Positions 61,341 through 64,000 of a stretch of DNA of 64,000 nucleotides are shown here, piece by piece. The notes under the pieces were generated by a model that was given only the letters and a program-made list of their open reading frames with translations, ran no database searches and was not told where the DNA came from. Both the position numbers and the translations under genes were made by a program. This DNA comes from Nannocystales bacterium (lineage in GTDB: Bacteria; Myxococcota_A; Polyangia; Nannocystales; Nannocystaceae): positions 128,001 to 192,000 of the forward strand of contig JBOEGF010000004.1 of assembly GCA_050633305.1 (NCBI GenBank). The letters are read 5' to 3'. Every line of letters starts with the position of its first letter. Within the stretch, counting starts at the first letter, position 1.

Positions 61341-62391
61341 GTCGCCGGTCCTCGAAGAGCTGGGCGCGGCCCAGGGGGCGGCCGTGTTCGGTATGCTTGC
61401 GCGGTGTCGCGTATCGAGGACCCCTTCGTACTCTTTGCGCTCGACGATGCCGAGCGTGGGGCCGCCGTAGGCTCGGCCGTCGTCCCTCACCGGAAGCCGG
61501 AACTCGACAAGCCGAATTCGTATTTGCGTATAACACCCGCTACGGGGCGTCTACTTTGCGTACAATTCCGTAGGGTGACATTTTTCTCCGATGTGCTTCG
61601 ACCCCCGTCTCGTGGGTGCGGGCGACCGTAGCTGCGAAGCGTAGACTGGGGTGGTCACGCTGAGCGCTTCGGCTCTAGCTAGAGCGTCTCGGTTCCAACC
61701 CGTGGGAGCGAGGAACGTGGACCCGTCGGTGTTGGGGTGTATTGCCCCGCGCTCGTCATCGCGCGGCCTGGATCAATCGGGCGAGCATCCAACACGAAGG
61801 GGGCCGTCGTGAAACGGCCCCTCGCGTGGGCGTGACGCTCTCCGTCTGCGCCCGCTGCAGCGGGCCGATGCGCGTCGCCAGGATGCCAGGCCTTTTCGTC
61901 CAGAAATACACGTTGAAGCCCGGCTGCGTATGGCTTTCCGGTTGGCGTCGACCAGGGGGGAACAGGTCTCGGCGCTCGATCGGGCTGCTGACGACAGGAA
62001 CTTGCGCCATGGTGTACACGCCGATGTTGCGAGGCGAGTGGAGTTCGCGGCCGCGTCATCCCGGGCTGGGGAGGCAGCAACCCGTGATGCAAGAGAAGAA
62101 CTCGGGGCACGGGTCCTGGCCAGCCAGGCCGCAGGCCTGGACGCCGTCGGGGCAGTCCTGTTCACGGCGTGCAGCCGCGAGCGGGGGATCCACGGGCGCC
62201 ACCCAGACTCCCCCCGCGACGTGCGGCGCCTGAGTTCGCACGGCACCGAAGCGCCGAAGGGATGGTCGCTGCGGGTGTTGCCCAAGCGTAGCGAGCGGCT
62301 CGAGGCGGTCGTTGGTGAGGACACGGTGACGATCGAAGGGGCCGGCTTGCGCTACCGCTTCGGACCCGAGAGCCGCGGCTGACGCTGCCCC

Positions 62392-63987
62392 CTACTCGAG
62401 ACGCAGGTGTACGGAGTTCGACGCCGCCAGCACGATGGGGTTCGGCGCCGGGCTGCCCGAGGAGCTGACCGCGTTGAGGCCCGCGCTGGTCAGGCGCGGA
62501 CGGACGCGGAGGTTGCCGTCGAACTCGTGTTCGCCGTGGGCATTTGCGCCGATCCGGGCCCGTCCGCCCGCGACGAAGATCGGCTTTGCGCTGGCATCGC
62601 GCCACAGTGCCCACGGGCCATTGTCGATCGAGACCTCCAAGAAGCCGCTGTAGGGCTCGTCGCCGTCGGAGGGGCGGGTGACGTACACCTCGTACGCGCC
62701 CGTGTGCGGCACGGTCAGGGACTGCGTCTCGAGCATGCCCTGTTGGCGGCGGAGGCGAAGCTCCAGCGGCTGGTTGGGGCGCGGGACGTACATCTCGATC
62801 GCGGTGGCCCGCACGACATGGTTGACCTCGCATTCGCCTCCAGGCCGCAGGCAGAAGTCGTCGTTGGGCTCCCACTGTTCGATCTGCGAGACGAGCCCGT
62901 CGTCGGTCCACGACCAGTCTTCGGTGACCGTAAACTCCTCCGTCAGGTCATTGAAGAGGAACGTCTCCGCGTATCGCATGCGGACCACGGTCCCCTCGGG
63001 AGAGGGCTGCGGGAAGTGGCCGGCGGCGTACGCCTTGCTCATCCACGTGCCGATGCCGACGCAGTCCACACCCTCGCTGCACAAGACGCTGTCCCCTGGG
63101 AGTGAGTAGGGCGTCGCGGTGCCGTAGGCGACCATCGCCTCGTTGGCTGGGATTCGGTTGTACCGGGGGAGCAAGCTGTAGTGCTCGGCCGTGAACTGCG
63201 GTCGAGGGTAGTCGCTATGCTCGCCCGCAGGCGCGTAGCTGCCCAGCAGGGCCGGCGAGCCCCCGGCGCCCGGAAGAGCGTCGGCGGGATAGGTCACCCG
63301 GACGGCGGTGGTGGATGGCATGGCGTGGGTGCTGCCGCCAGAGCCGACCAGATATCCGCGGTCCTTGCGGATGCACCATCGGAGCATCTGGCCGCCGCGT
63401 GCGCCCCAATACGAGGCGGGACTCGTCTTCGTCATCCGAATCGTTTGTCCGCCCGGGCAGTTTCCCGCGTCGTCGGTCTCGTAGTCGAAGCGGGAGTACC
63501 CCAGTCGGTTTCCGTTCTCGTCGGTGTTCTCGAACACGACATAGGACCCCGGCACGGCGTCGGGGACGCGTGGGGACGTCCACGGGAGCGGGGGAGGGGT
63601 CTGCGACGCCGCGTCGACGAAGATGGAGTCCCAGCAGCTCCACGGAAGATCCAGGTCGACCGGACGCAACTGCATCCCATACAGTCCTGGTGGAAAGTTC
63701 GAGTCCGCCGGGACTTCGACGATGCCGTCGTCGTTCGGGTCGAGCCACTGGTCTTCGGAGAAGACACTGCTACAGCGTGCGGGCAGGTTCGCAGGACCGT
63801 TCGGCGGCAGGCTGCAGTGCTTTGCCCGGTACTCCAGAGCGTCCGTGTAGGGCTGTCCGTTCAGGGAGACTTCGACGGTGTAGCCCCCGTTGGGGCTGAT
63901 CCGGTCCTCGAGGATTTCGGCTTGAAATGCACCGCTCGTGCATGCCTGGGCGCTCCTCGGAGCGGTCTCCTCCAAGGCGGAATCCAT
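62392..63987 (-). CDS. Hypothetical protein, probably 5' partial
   Basis: 531-aa ORF with coding-like composition; the frame stays open to the window end; no motif recognised. Confidence 0.65.
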   Translation of the reverse strand: MDSALEETAPRSAQACTSGAFQAEILEDRISPNGGYTVEVSLNGQPYTDALEYRAKHCSLPPNGPANLPARCSSVFSEDQWLDPNDDGIVEVPADSNFPPGLYGMQLRPVDLDLPWSCWDSIFVDAASQTPPPLPWTSPRVPDAVPGSYVVFENTDENGNRLGYSRFDYETDDAGNCPGGQTIRMTKTSPASYWGARGGQMLRWCIRKDRGYLVGSGGSTHAMPSTTAVRVTYPADALPGAGGSPALLGSYAPAGEHSDYPRPQFTAEHYSLLPRYNRIPANEAMVAYGTATPYSLPGDSVLCSEGVDCVGIGTWMSKAYAAGHFPQPSPEGTVVRMRYAETFLFNDLTEEFTVTEDWSWTDDGLVSQIEQWEPNDDFCLRPGGECEVNHVVRATAIEMYVPRPNQPLELRLRRQQGMLETQSLTVPHTGAYEVYVTRPSDGDEPYSGFLEVSIDNGPWALWRDASAKPIFVAGGRARIGANAHGEHEFDGNLRVRPRLTSAGLNAVSSSGSPAPNPIVLAASNSVHLRLE

Positions 63988-64000
63988 GGTGTCGATCCCG

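Noticed and set aside
61590..61825. Retron msr-msd, tmRNA, RNase P RNA or SRP RNA
   Set aside because: No reverse transcriptase nearby and none of the diagnostic sequence motifs found.

Overview
High-GC, densely coding bacterial chromosome segment. Its gene content points to Myxococcota (inference): several Hanks-type Ser/Thr kinases including kinase-TPR types, Cys-rich lipoproteins, a vWA protein and a carboxypeptidase-regulatory-repeat/PDZ protein. About 45 CDS and one tRNA-Thr(CGT) are supported. No transposase, integrase, phage gene or CRISPR array is evident. Housekeeping genes include selD (in-frame UGA/Sec with a downstream hairpin, split in the ORF track), truA, thiS-thiG-thiE-like, alr and ggt. 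The strongest candidate for an undescribed system is a translationally coupled five-gene operon at 51041-60798. It encodes (1) an active Ser/Thr kinase, (2) a pseudokinase-TM-pentaheme cytochrome c, (3) a 2x cNMP-binding/4x[4Fe-4S]/His-rich membrane protein, (4) a tetraheme/TM/2x[4Fe-4S]/circularly permuted TrxR-like flavoprotein and (5) a vWA protein. Together these suggest a signal-gated transmembrane electron-transfer complex. A second candidate is a three-gene unit at 2135-4551: a Glu-repeat small lipoprotein, a MurE-like ligase lacking its N-terminal domain, and an NlpC/P60 peptidase. All functional calls come from motif recognition by eye; no database searches were run, and several start codons are best guesses.
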